64,000 bases of DNA from the NCBI GenBank assembly GCA_030038605.1, contig JASHSU010000152.1:285-64284 (forward strand), read 5' to 3'. This stretch comes from Thermoplasmata archaeon. Lineage in GTDB: Archaea > Thermoplasmatota > Thermoplasmata > Lutacidiplasmatales > UBA184. A program made the position numbers and the translations under genes. Every line of letters starts with the position of its first letter. Within the stretch, counting starts at the first letter, position 1. The notes under the pieces are model-generated. The model did no database searches. It saw only the letters and a program-made list of their open reading frames with translations, and was not told the DNA's origin. Positions 54,101-63,067 of this stretch are shown one piece after another.

Positions 54101-56164
54101 CGCGAAGGCCAGCACGTAGCCGGTCGTGTTCTGAGTTTGACCGTCGAACGTCACCGACCAATTCGTGCCGAGGGGAAGTCCGCCCTCGGTGAAAGTCACG
54201 GGGTACGTTGCCTGCGACCAGAGAATGGTCACAGACACCGACGTGCCGTTGACCGTGACGTTCCCCATCGTCGGCACAGCCGACCACCCCGGCGCGGCGC
54301 CGACCGCGTAGGGGTAGGTACCGTTTGCCAACGGAACGCTGAGGGAACCGGCTGTCGAACGGGTCGTCGTGCCGCCGATGGTCACGGACCACGGAGTGCC
54401 GACGGAAAGATTCAGGGCCGTGAAATTGACCGGATAAGTTACGGCCGTCCAGGGGACCTCGACCGACGCGTTGTACCCGTGGACCGTCACCGAGCCGGCG
54501 GGCGGTGGGGCGCGCCAGCCCGCCACTGGACCGACCGTGTAGGAGTACGTGCCGTTGGGCTCCAGGAAGGAGATCGTGGACCCCGTCGAGCTCTGCAGGA
54601 TCCCGCCCAAGGTCACACTCCAGGTCGTTCCGGCGGGCAGCCCGGACTCGCAGAACGTGGCCGAGTACGTGGAGCCGCCCACTCCGGACGTATCGGGGCG
54701 GCACACCGAGACCAGTACTACCGCCTGCGGTGGGAGGCTCCAACTGGTCGTCGAGCCGAACCCGCTGCTCGAGGTGAACGTTCCGTTGGTCGAGTTGGTC
54801 GCCTCCCACGTGGCGTAGGAGCCGTAGCCCGGGAAGAGAGGGCCCCCCAGATCGAGAGTGACAGTGTTCGTCGTCCCGGTGTTGACCGCGAGAACCGAGA
54901 CGGTGGTGTTCTCGTCCGACTCCGAAGCCGCAACGTACACCCCGCTGGCCGCTTTCGTCACGCTCGTGTTCAGGAGCGTCGGACCGAAGTGCGAGAGGAC
55001 CTGCGAGAACAGGGAGTCGACCGGACGGGCCTGCCCCGTCGCGTTGAACAGCGAGCCATTGTAGGCGGACTCTAGGTTGTAGAGTTCCGCGTTGTAGACG
55101 CTGCTGGTCATCATGATGATGTCCTCCGCTGCGACGTAAGGCACCTGAGGGTAGGTCTGCATGTACGGCTGCCAGGCCCCCGTCGTACCGGTCCCGCTCC
55201 CGTACTCATCCACAAAGAGTGGGATGTGGCAGCTGGAGCACGTCGCGTTGATCGCCTGCTCGTCGGCTACGAGGCGGGCTCGGAGCCCGTTCGTACCGCC
55301 CAGCGTACCGTAGAATTGGGCTACCGTTCCTGTGCCCTTGTTCTCGGCGGGGTACTCGTGGACGGCGACCCCCGCCAACCGGGGACCATTCAGGGCCACC
55401 GTCGCGTTGATCCAGGGTACATCCGAGGCGCTCCCCGCCCCGACGCCGGGGAGTCCGAGGATCCGGATCGACGAGTCAACCCCGCGCATGGCGGTGATGT
55501 ACTGACCCACGACCGCCGCGTACTGGGTCGCATTGACATGCGACGCGTCGGTCCCCTTCCAATTCGGCCACGAGATGTTGAAGTGCGTCCATCCGAACGG
55601 TTCGTCGCCGATCTCCCAGTACGCGGGGTGGAAGTGGAGGACATTTTCGGTGTAGCTGACCTCGTACGCGGCGAAACCGGGCTCGTCGATCTCGCCGGGG
55701 ACCGACAGGATCGCTTGGCAGTGGATGGAATTACACCAGTTGACGAAGTCGGATTCGTTCGAGCCTTCGGGCGTCGCATACCCGAAGGTCCACACGCTGC
55801 CGTTGACCATGTTGAAGGAATCGGAGAGCTTGCCCGCTGGATACTCTACCCAATCGAGGGAGGTGCCGTTGAGCTGAGTCGCGGCGCTGCCGTTCGGTGT
55901 CGATGCATCGACCCCGACGCCCCAGAACGACGAGAGGTTCGCCTCGGTTCGGTTGAGCACCGTGACCGCCTCGGTCGGCGCGGCGGGCGGGGCCGGTCGA
56001 TGACTCGTCGGCAGGGACGAGGGCGTGACGAGGGCCGGAGTGCTCGGGGCGGCCGGAGAGGTGCCGGGAATCTGCGGCACGAGAAGCATCGTAAGCACCA
56101 GGGCGAGCAGACCGAACTGCAGGGCCGAGGGCCGGACGAGGCCCCGGAACGATAGGTTACCCAT
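51137..56164 (-). CDS. Giant membrane-anchored surface protein: signal peptide, an N-terminal domain resembling clan GH-A glycoside hydrolases, ~14 tandem ~95-aa repeats, and a C-terminal TM anchor
   Basis: AYWEIGDEPFGW (clan GH-A acid/base-like) and VDEYGSG (nucleophile-like) motifs. Repeats of the consensus Y.VTF.E.GLP.GT.WSV.LNG......T..F..PNGTY.Y.V....GY....SGSV.V.GA.V...V.F. C-terminal LLAVIVVVVALVWVA followed by a short tail. Very many N-x-S/T sequons. Confidence 0.6.
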   Translation of the reverse strand: MGNLSFRGLVRPSALQFGLLALVLTMLLVPQIPGTSPAAPSTPALVTPSSLPTSHRPAPPAAPTEAVTVLNRTEANLSSFWGVGVDASTPNGSAATQLNGTSLDWVEYPAGKLSDSFNMVNGSVWTFGYATPEGSNESDFVNWCNSIHCQAILSVPGEIDEPGFAAYEVSYTENVLHFHPAYWEIGDEPFGWTHFNISWPNWKGTDASHVNATQYAAVVGQYITAMRGVDSSIRILGLPGVGAGSASDVPWINATVALNGPRLAGVAVHEYPAENKGTGTVAQFYGTLGGTNGLRARLVADEQAINATCSSCHIPLFVDEYGSGTGTTGAWQPYMQTYPQVPYVAAEDIIMMTSSVYNAELYNLESAYNGSLFNATGQARPVDSLFSQVLSHFGPTLLNTSVTKAASGVYVAASESDENTTVSVLAVNTGTTNTVTLDLGGPLFPGYGSYATWEATNSTNGTFTSSSGFGSTTSWSLPPQAVVLVSVCRPDTSGVGGSTYSATFCESGLPAGTTWSVTLGGILQSSTGSTISFLEPNGTYSYTVGPVAGWRAPPPAGSVTVHGYNASVEVPWTAVTYPVNFTALNLSVGTPWSVTIGGTTTRSTAGSLSVPLANGTYPYAVGAAPGWSAVPTMGNVTVNGTSVSVTILWSQATYPVTFTEGGLPLGTNWSVTFDGQTQNTTGYVLAFAVPNGTFSYAVNSSSLETPSAPSGSLSVSGAPLAVNISWTDSPNPVIFEPVGLPSSLPWSVDLNGTPQRGTGNLSYNESTGSYRYTIGPVAGWTTSPYASSVAVSGATTVRIDWTQDVYNVTFLESNLPLKNLSWTGNWSATIDGKTLTTHLGTYLTFWLPNGTYCFAVSATDGWVATPASGCLTVNGTGQVVSPYFNRVFYSVTFIESGLPKGGQWWVNFTSREGQTSYSTTDVIRIYNGTYTFLIAAAARSYVAFPRMGVFTVAGGPLNITLTFGFGYNVTFVETNLTSGTNWTVSVANESSNWATTPDVGFFLPNGTYSYTVGIVPGFVTTQSGSFTVAGPGRTVPIDFTVARYAITFRETNLTSGEAWSVSVDDVANSSYSTQVSGMTANLTVWLPNGSRYVATYGAVLGWTPNPSSVTFSVQGKNESYSVYWVGTLYAVTFSESGLNLGLTWAVTLHGVSDPALWANGSAKAGSSIVFTVLDGSYTYQVGSIRNFTASENGTGTVDVAGGSVSESVQFAPFTYTLRFAPTGLPADKNWSVLLTGGNLGEPLFNYSVGGAITFQVQNGTYHFVVGYLGGWYAAPRNGSVTVDAAATNVAIAWALQLYTVTFTAADNATAGQNWSVVLNGTLGWNATGGPIEFFVPNGSYPFTVSPLTGLAASPRMGTEYVDGGDLLTTIVWTSAYVVTFTETGLATGATWSVTVNGTPLSSTTTTLNFSELDGHYRYAVSPPANWGCVPASGTLTVNGAAVGVALTCSLTTYTVTFNETGLPAGSAWSVAVGNQTDTAHVSSLSLSLPNGNWTYVVNGPEGWVTPNATGTVLVAGHDVTVSLAWSRPIYSVTFTEVGLPGGTSWSVTLNGSTVAGTGTSIVFEEANRAYTFSVGSVSGYTVSPSGGSVTVNGASVLVTVQFTSKANTNSANEILGVPVLETVGLLAVIVVVVALVWVATHRTPPQRKGPVQEYTPPTSGGTTDPAATPPAPPSA

Positions 56165-56346
56165 GGGGTGCAGTCAAACCGGAATTCTCCCCCCTCGTTA
56201 AACTGACGGTCGCACGGTCCATCTCGGACTCCGCGGGAACCCGAGACGTGCGCGGGCGTCGCGCCGCCTAACGAAGGCTCGCCGAGGTGCTGGTCGAGAA
56301 CGGCGAATTTCGCCAGCGTGAAGTAGTCGCGCTCGGTCGCGCACGC

Positions 56347-59346
56347 ATGTCCGGAAAGGTTCTGGGCTCGATCGCCCTGGTTGTGATCCTAGCACTCAGC
56401 TCATTGGCGGTCATCGGCTCGGGCGCTGTAGCATCGAGCTCTCCGGCCGGGGGCGATTCTCCATCCACGACTTCGGCCCTGTCCACCACCGGTAGTGCCG
56501 GGGCGGGGTCCGTGGACGCCCCGATTTCGCAGACGGTCCCGGCGTATTGTGCCGCCTTGACCACCTCGAGCAACGATCCGGGGTACGCCACATTCCTTCA
56601 GCACGTGCACTCGATCGCCCGGGGGGCTATGTCCGCAGGCCTCCCGGCCTCGGACCTGCATCTACCGTACGCGGGACCGATTCCCGACCAGACCGTGGGC
56701 GGGGTCGCCATGGCGGGTAGCCAACTGAGCCAGGACTGCAGCCGCAACGCGCCATCGGCACCCCAGACCGACCCCACGGGTGTGGCCTACGATGGCCAGA
56801 CCGACGTGAACGGGGTCCATGACCTAACCCTCGAGTCGAACAGCGTCGCCGGCATACTGACCGTCAACAACCAACCCGAGAACTTCTACCCGGGCAGTGC
56901 CACCCCGACCACCTGGGGAGCCCAGGAGAACGTCGTCCTGGCGAACGTGACCCTCCGCGGTTCGGAGTGTCCGACGGATCCCTGCTCGCCCGTGGGCGAC
57001 GGGAACTACGCCTTCTGGGTCCAGAACGTCGTCTCCTACGACTCCCACAACGACACGATCTACTTCGTGGACGACACGTGGAACTTCACGAGCTACTCGT
57101 CCGAGATGTTCAACTCGTCCCTGGTGCGCTGGTCGCCGGACGGCGGGAACTACACCGGCGTCTGGGTCGCGTACTCGCCGTACTTCCATGTGGCTCCCCC
57201 GTTCACCGTCACGACCTACGTCAACACGTCGGTCGACTCCGCGGGGGATCAGATCCTGTGGTACAACTACAGCATCCAATCGCCGACGGTGTCGGTGGCC
57301 CACGGCAACTACGACTACCTGGTCTTCGAGTCGCAGCGGCCGCACCACGCCCGAACGGCCGTCGCCCCGCCCGACTTCGAGGCGAGCGCGGTCACCAATC
57401 ACGTCGTGACGGACGGCTACGAGTTCGACGCGTTCATCGGGGCGGACGACGGGTCGAACCAGCTGATGCTGAGCGCCAACGCGACCATGCAGGTCCAGTA
57501 CTGCGACCGCACGCCGTACTGTACACCGACCCACTTCCACTACGCCAACGTCCCGGCGGCCGTCAACTACGGCAGTCAGACCGGCGAGCAAACGGTCGGG
57601 ATCGCCGTCAACTACGTCGGGGCGACCGCGTATCTGTCGGGCGGACCGTTGATCCTGCACGGACTCTGGAACTTCACGGGTCAGACGGGCGTGGCGGCCG
57701 GCGCGACGCCCGTCCGGAATGCCATCACGGTGACCGGCGACCCCGAGGGGTCCCTCACCGCGCAACCCTACGTCTTCCTCTTCCTCAAGGACCAGGCGTT
57801 CGTCTCGGAAGGGTACCAGTGGGCGCCCGACGTTCCGACCTGGTACCTCATGCCCGGGACGTACCACTACAAGGTGGAGCTGGCCGACTACGCCATCGCC
57901 CGCGGGGTCCTTCACGTCGGCTCGGGGGCGGCCACGCTCAAGGTCACGCTCCACTACGACGCGTTCATGGGCGTCTACACGCCCCTCTGGGCGTTCGACA
58001 ACGGGCAGCTCGCGGGCATCTCCTCGTCCGGCGACGGGACGTTGGCCGACCAGTATGTGCCGTTCAACAATCCCACCACCGCATCCTCCGGTTTTCCCGT
58101 GGGCAACCTGAGCCCGGAGTTCCTGAGCTACAACGACTACGCGTACCCCTCGTTCCCGGGCGTGCTGTTGGACGGCACGAGCGCGTACGTCGATCTCAAC
58201 GCACCGCCGACGTTCGGGGTCGGGACCGAGTTCGGCCTTCCGTTCTACCTCGGGATCGAGTTCTTCGACACGTCCCACGTCTCGCTGGTGCACGACGCGT
58301 TCGTCCAAGGCTGGCCGGCCTGGGGGGAGATCTCGTTCTACTATGACGTCCCCGCGTCGCAGAACCCCGCTCCCCAGGCGGAGGTGTTCGTGTGGAACTC
58401 GACCCACGACCTGATCGCCCAGAACAACTTCGTCGGGACCACGAGCTTCTACGGCTCGACCCCTCCGGACGCCCTGGTCCTCTATGGGGGTACCGACAAC
58501 GTCGTCTGGGGCAACGTCTTCTCCGACGCTCCCGGCGCGGCCCTCAACGTCACGGGCCAGTACGCGGGCGTCGGTCTCGGAGAGTCCGGCGACCTGCTGT
58601 ACAACAACAACTTCAGCGTCGACAACCCGATCGTCTACCTCCCGTACAATTGGCCGAACGTCGCGGACTGCCTCCCCCAGTCCCTGGGCGGTTGCGCGGA
58701 CCGCGCCCATCACAACGGCTGGTTCTACAACGACCCGGCGAACGTCGTCGGCAACACCTGGAACGTGACGCTCCAGCCCGCCAGCAACGTCGCCACCACG
58801 GTCAACGGGTTCCCGTTGAGCGGTAACGTCCTCGGGCCGTGGGAGACGACCCAGGGTGGCAACTATTACTGGAACTACGGGACGACGCCGAACGGCTTCG
58901 CGCGCTACCCGTACGTCGACCGGTTTTTCTACAGCGACTGGTCGGAGATCTTCCCGCTCGGCTGCGGGTCGATCGAGGCGGCCAACGCGCCGTGCGGCAC
59001 GCCGCCGCCCGTCGTCGGGTCGTACCACGATGGCATCGCCACCGGGGGCGACTACGCGCCATACGGCCCGACCCTGCGCTTCGCCGAGTCCGGATTGCCG
59101 TCCGGAACGGTCTGGCACGTGGACGTGAACGGGCACTGGTACTCGACGACCGGAACGGTGCTGTTCGTGCGGCTCGCTTACGGCAACGCCACGTTCGACG
59201 CGGGGGCCCACGGATGGGTCGCCCACGGTGGGAGCGGAACGGTCGTGGCCGACGGCCTCATCAGCATCCATCTCCACTTCACCCGATCCGGCGCCGCCCC
59301 CTCGTCCGGCCCGACGGTCGAGCTCATCGCGCGGACGCCGGCGTAA
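56347..59346 (+). CDS. Secreted thermopsin-like (peptidase A5-like) protein with beta-helix region and one C-terminal copy of the GLPxGTxW repeat
   Basis: Signal peptide MSGKVLGSIALVVILALSSLAVIG. YAFWVQNVVSYDSHNDTIYFVDDTWNFTSY block. Parallel-beta-helix-like repeats (NVVWGNVFSDAPGAALNVTGQY...). C-terminal LRFAESGLPSGTVWHVDVNGHWYSTTGTVLF. The thermopsin family call is from memory, not a search. Confidence 0.45.
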   Translation: MSGKVLGSIALVVILALSSLAVIGSGAVASSSPAGGDSPSTTSALSTTGSAGAGSVDAPISQTVPAYCAALTTSSNDPGYATFLQHVHSIARGAMSAGLPASDLHLPYAGPIPDQTVGGVAMAGSQLSQDCSRNAPSAPQTDPTGVAYDGQTDVNGVHDLTLESNSVAGILTVNNQPENFYPGSATPTTWGAQENVVLANVTLRGSECPTDPCSPVGDGNYAFWVQNVVSYDSHNDTIYFVDDTWNFTSYSSEMFNSSLVRWSPDGGNYTGVWVAYSPYFHVAPPFTVTTYVNTSVDSAGDQILWYNYSIQSPTVSVAHGNYDYLVFESQRPHHARTAVAPPDFEASAVTNHVVTDGYEFDAFIGADDGSNQLMLSANATMQVQYCDRTPYCTPTHFHYANVPAAVNYGSQTGEQTVGIAVNYVGATAYLSGGPLILHGLWNFTGQTGVAAGATPVRNAITVTGDPEGSLTAQPYVFLFLKDQAFVSEGYQWAPDVPTWYLMPGTYHYKVELADYAIARGVLHVGSGAATLKVTLHYDAFMGVYTPLWAFDNGQLAGISSSGDGTLADQYVPFNNPTTASSGFPVGNLSPEFLSYNDYAYPSFPGVLLDGTSAYVDLNAPPTFGVGTEFGLPFYLGIEFFDTSHVSLVHDAFVQGWPAWGEISFYYDVPASQNPAPQAEVFVWNSTHDLIAQNNFVGTTSFYGSTPPDALVLYGGTDNVVWGNVFSDAPGAALNVTGQYAGVGLGESGDLLYNNNFSVDNPIVYLPYNWPNVADCLPQSLGGCADRAHHNGWFYNDPANVVGNTWNVTLQPASNVATTVNGFPLSGNVLGPWETTQGGNYYWNYGTTPNGFARYPYVDRFFYSDWSEIFPLGCGSIEAANAPCGTPPPVVGSYHDGIATGGDYAPYGPTLRFAESGLPSGTVWHVDVNGHWYSTTGTVLFVRLAYGNATFDAGAHGWVAHGGSGTVVADGLISIHLHFTRSGAAPSSGPTVELIARTPA

Positions 59347-59433
59347 CCTCGAGGGCCCCAACGTACCCCCCGTCGGGCCTTGCTCGGCCGAGGGGCCGAA
59401 GATTTGCAGGCCGACGGCTGGAGGCGGGCGTGA

Positions 59434-60723
59434 GTGGCTCGCTCACCGCCCCCCACGAGGGCCCCTGAGACCGTGACCAGCCCTCCTTCGGGGCCCCCGT
59501 TCGGGCCGAGTCGCTGGCCGTTCCGCTGGGTCGCTTTCGTGCTCGCGGTCACGGCCTTCGGGGCCGGGGTCCCCACGCCGCTCTACGCCCTCTATCAGCA
59601 ACAGTACCACTTCTCCTCCCTGGTCCTGACAGCGATTTTCGCGGCCTACGCCGCCGGGGTCCTGGCGACGATGCTCTTGATCGGGCCGCTGGCCGACTTC
59701 GTGGGTCGCAAGCCGGTCCTGTACGCCGGCATGGCACTCACGGCCGCGAGCGGGGTCGTCTTCCTCCTGGCCTCCGGCGTCCTCCTCCTGGCCCTCGCGC
59801 GGGTCGTCTCGGGGCTGGCCGTCGGTGCCACGACCAGCACGTCGAACGCGGCGATGTCCAGCCTGGAGCCCCGTCGAGACCAACACCACGTAGCCCGCGT
59901 CTCTGTGGCGGCGAACTTCGGCGGCGTCGCGTCGGGGGTGCTCCTGAGCGGATTCCTCGTCGCCGACGCTCCCCAGCCGACGCACCTGGTGTTCGGTGTG
60001 CTCATCCTGGCCAGTCTGGTGGGCATGGTGGCGGTGGCGTCGACGCCCGAGACCGGGGTCCGTTCCGCCGCCGAGGGACGTCCCCGTCTGCAGCGGCCCA
60101 CCGTCCCCTCCGGCCTCCGGGGGCCCTTCTGGGTCGCCGCCGGGTCGCTGGCCGCCTGCTACGCGATCTACGGCTACTTCGGCGCGATGGCGCCGACCTT
60201 TCTTCGCCACGACCTGGGCGTACCGAACCCCACCAGTGCCGCCCTGGTGGCGACCATGTTCGGCCTCGCCGCGATCGTCCAGCTGTGGCTCGGCCAGGTC
60301 CGGGACCGGCGGGCTCTTCTGATCGGTCTCCCGACCATCCTGGGGGCGACGCTCCTGCTGACGGTCGCCTGGCCGATCCCGTCGTACCCGCTGTTCGTCG
60401 TCGGGGACGCCGCCCTCGGGATCGGCATCGGGTTCGCGTACATGGGCAGTGTGACCCTGATCGACCGGGTCTCCCCGGCGACCTCGCGGGGCGACATCCT
60501 GTCCGCGTTCTTCACCGTCGGATACGTTTCCCTCGCGATCCCCACGATCGGGGTCGGGGCCGTCGCCAGCGCGTTCGGCTTGGTCGTCGCCGCGAGCTCG
60601 TTCGGAGTCGTCCTCGCCGTCGCGGTCGCACTGCTCTACCGGGCCACCCGGGCCACCCCTACGCCTCCCGGCGGCGAGGGTCGCCCACGCGGCGCGGATG
60701 GACAAGCCCGCCCTCCCGGGTGA
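59434..60723 (+). CDS. MFS transporter
   Basis: 12 predicted TM helices and an MFS motif A-like GPLADFVGRKPVL between TM2 and TM3. Confidence 0.7.
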   Translation: MARSPPPTRAPETVTSPPSGPPFGPSRWPFRWVAFVLAVTAFGAGVPTPLYALYQQQYHFSSLVLTAIFAAYAAGVLATMLLIGPLADFVGRKPVLYAGMALTAASGVVFLLASGVLLLALARVVSGLAVGATTSTSNAAMSSLEPRRDQHHVARVSVAANFGGVASGVLLSGFLVADAPQPTHLVFGVLILASLVGMVAVASTPETGVRSAAEGRPRLQRPTVPSGLRGPFWVAAGSLAACYAIYGYFGAMAPTFLRHDLGVPNPTSAALVATMFGLAAIVQLWLGQVRDRRALLIGLPTILGATLLLTVAWPIPSYPLFVVGDAALGIGIGFAYMGSVTLIDRVSPATSRGDILSAFFTVGYVSLAIPTIGVGAVASAFGLVVAASSFGVVLAVAVALLYRATRATPTPPGGEGRPRGADGQARPPG

Positions 60724-60744
60724 CCCCCGTCCGCCCGCGGTGGG

Positions 60745-61893
60745 TCAGGGAGAGGGTCGACCCCACGCCGGCAGCTCGATCCCGAGGTCCGCAAACCGGA
60801 GCGCCCCCGCCGGAGAGAGGACCTTCTCGGTCTTCCCGCTGATGACGGTCACGGTGTTCGAAACGTGGTTGACGACGTAGACGTCCCGGTTCGAACTGTC
60901 GAAGGTGATGCCGTCCGGATGGGTGCCCACGGCGACGGTCGTGACGACCGTCGCGTTCGACCCGTTGATCACCGTCACACTGTCCGAGTCCCGGTCGGTG
61001 ACGTAGACGTACCGGTTCGAGCTGTCGTACGCGACGCCCTGCGGGTACTTCCCGACCGGAACGGAGGTGACGACCCGGTCGCTCGTGCCGTTGACGACGG
61101 TGACGTTGTTCGAGAGGGTGTTGGCCACGAACAGGTCGCCGCTCGCCCGGTCGTACGCCACCAGACGGGGCGCGTCGCCCACCGGGACCGACCCGACCAC
61201 CTTGTCGTTCTTGGCGTTGATCACCGTCAGGTTGTTCGTGCCCTCGTCGGCCACGAACAGGCGCTTGGCGGCGCTGTCGTACGCGATACCGTCGGGAAGC
61301 CCTCCGACCGGGATCGCGCCGACGACCGCGTCGGTGGCCCCATTGATGACGGTGACGTTGTTCGAGTCGTGGTTGGTGACATACACGTACCGGTTCGAGC
61401 TGTCGAAGGCGCCCACACGGGGCCCGCTCCCAACCGCGATCGAACCGACGACGGCGTTGGTCGCCCCGTCGATCACGGTGACGTTGTTCGAGTTCGCGTC
61501 GCCGACGTAGAGGTCGTTGTTCGCGCTGTCGAACGCGATTCCGTCCGGAGCCGCCCCGACCGGGATCGAGCGCACGACCGAGTCGGTCACGCCGCTGATC
61601 ACCGAGACGTTGTCGGTCCCGGCGTTGTCGACGTACACGTCCTGGTTCGAGCTGTCGAAGGTCGCGCCCTCGGGTCCGTTGCCCACCGGGACGGGGAGGG
61701 TGGCCGGGGACAGTCCCGTTCGAGCGGATGCGAGCAGCTCCACGCTTAACCCGGGACCGCCGCCCGCCACCTCGTGGTTTGAGAGCGGAAGGGCGATGCA
61801 GAGCGAGGAGAACAGCAGGACAGTGCCCAACCCGACGAGGACGAGTCGCCACCGGGCGGTAACCATCGAGCCCCGGACGGCGGGCCCGTTCAT
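60745..61893 (-). CDS. Secreted YVTN-family beta-propeller repeat protein
   Basis: Signal peptide plus ~7 repeats of the form GxxPxGIAYDSxNxxVYVTNxxSNNVTVIDGATxxVV. Confidence 0.7.
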   Translation of the reverse strand: MNGPAVRGSMVTARWRLVLVGLGTVLLFSSLCIALPLSNHEVAGGGPGLSVELLASARTGLSPATLPVPVGNGPEGATFDSSNQDVYVDNAGTDNVSVISGVTDSVVRSIPVGAAPDGIAFDSANNDLYVGDANSNNVTVIDGATNAVVGSIAVGSGPRVGAFDSSNRYVYVTNHDSNNVTVINGATDAVVGAIPVGGLPDGIAYDSAAKRLFVADEGTNNLTVINAKNDKVVGSVPVGDAPRLVAYDRASGDLFVANTLSNNVTVVNGTSDRVVTSVPVGKYPQGVAYDSSNRYVYVTDRDSDSVTVINGSNATVVTTVAVGTHPDGITFDSSNRDVYVVNHVSNTVTVISGKTEKVLSPAGALRFADLGIELPAWGRPSP

Positions 61894-62061
61894 CAGGCCT
61901 CCGCGATCCCGCGTATGCGGGAATCCGTGCGTTTGCTCTCGAAGAATTCGCGATTGCGTCGGACGCTCACCGAAAGCGAGACGAGTCCGTACGGTGCGCG
62001 CGGACTCCGTTTCGACGCAGCTCGCTCGGCGCAGCGAAACCTCGCGAGTCCGAATTCGAAG

Positions 62062-62163
62062 TGTCGGAGGGGGGATTTGAACCCCCGGCCCCAGGATCTC
62101 TCCCGGGACGCGGTCCGCGTCCCGCTATGAGTCCCGTGCTCTACCGGGCTGAGCCACTCCGAC
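62062..62163 (-). tRNA. tRNA with anticodon CAU (Met or Ile2). It carries a ~16-nt intron in the anticodon loop and an unusually long (17-nt) variable region, which may indicate a second intron.
   Basis: Manual fold of the reverse complement: acceptor GTCGGAG/CTCCGAC, D arm GCTC-AGCCCGGTA-GAGC, anticodon stem CGGGA...TCCCG with loop CTCATA+G interrupted by GCGGGACGCGGACCGC, T arm GGGGG-TTCAAAT-CCCCC, discriminator A. Confidence 0.55.
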
Positions 62164-62188
62164 AGCGAACCGGGGCCCCACGTCCGAC

Positions 62189-62911
62189 CTAGGCCGTCGG
62201 GGCATCGGCACCGGCCGCGACCGCCTCGGGCTCCGTCGGTCCCGACGGGGCCTCGGGCTCGGCCGGGGATGGGCTGGTAGGAATCTCGTCCGCGATCACG
62301 CCGAGCACGTCCGACGTGCGCAGCTCGATCTTCTTGAGCGGGTACAGGGTCTTCACGCCGTACGCCAAGGCCTTAGCGAGGTCCCCGCCGAGCATCTCGC
62401 GGACGAACTCGACCGCGGTGTGCGACGCGGCCTGCTCCGTCAGCACCTGGACCATCTGGTGGCGGAGCTCGGCCCGAAGGCGGGTCTGAAGCCGCTGCTC
62501 GCCCACCGCGACGGGCTTGACCACGATCTGAACGCCATCCTTGGTCGTGACGACCACGGACAGGTCGATCTTGGAGCGCTTGCGGCGGGCCAATCGCCGA
62601 ACGTAATCGGACGTCAGGTCGTGGCCGATGAACCGCGTTTCGGCGACTCCGTCCCCGGAGATCCGGTCGACTTGGAATCGGAGCTTCACGTGCGCCTTCC
62701 CTGCGTCGGCAACGCCCGAGATCTCTGGGAGGGTCGTCTCGAGGGTACGCCCGATGAGCTGCTCGGGCTCGGTCGCCACCGTCTCGCCCAGCTCGGCATG
62801 CTGGAACAGCCCGGGGGCGCGGATCTTGTACGAGTGCTTGGAGCGCCACTTGTCCTTGACCGTCCGGGCCAAGGTCGCCTTCTTCGCTCCGGTCGCCTCT
62901 TTCTCGGCCAT
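62189..62911 (-). CDS. rps3ae: 30S ribosomal protein S3Ae (eS1) with low-complexity acidic/Pro C-terminal extension
   Basis: ATG at 62911. MAEKEATGAKKATLARTVKDKWRSKHSYKIRAPGLF... matches the conserved S3Ae N-terminus. Confidence 0.8.
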   Translation of the reverse strand: MAEKEATGAKKATLARTVKDKWRSKHSYKIRAPGLFQHAELGETVATEPEQLIGRTLETTLPEISGVADAGKAHVKLRFQVDRISGDGVAETRFIGHDLTSDYVRRLARRKRSKIDLSVVVTTKDGVQIVVKPVAVGEQRLQTRLRAELRHQMVQVLTEQAASHTAVEFVREMLGGDLAKALAYGVKTLYPLKKIELRTSDVLGVIADEIPTSPSPAEPEAPSGPTEPEAVAAGADAPTA

Positions 62912-63067
62912 GGCGCGGCGCGCCGAGCAGGGTACCCTACTTAACCGTTCCTCGGATTCGCCATCACTCTCTCCCCGAGAACCGCGCGGACGAGGTCGTC
63001 CGACACCCGGGAACCTCCGCGCGCAGGGCACGGGGACAATAGGGAGCGTCGGTTGGGCCCTTGGCCC

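Noticed and set aside
56824-59361. 845-aa ORF 56824..59361(-)
   Set aside because: Antisense to the thermopsin-like gene, with an R/D/G/V-rich translation.
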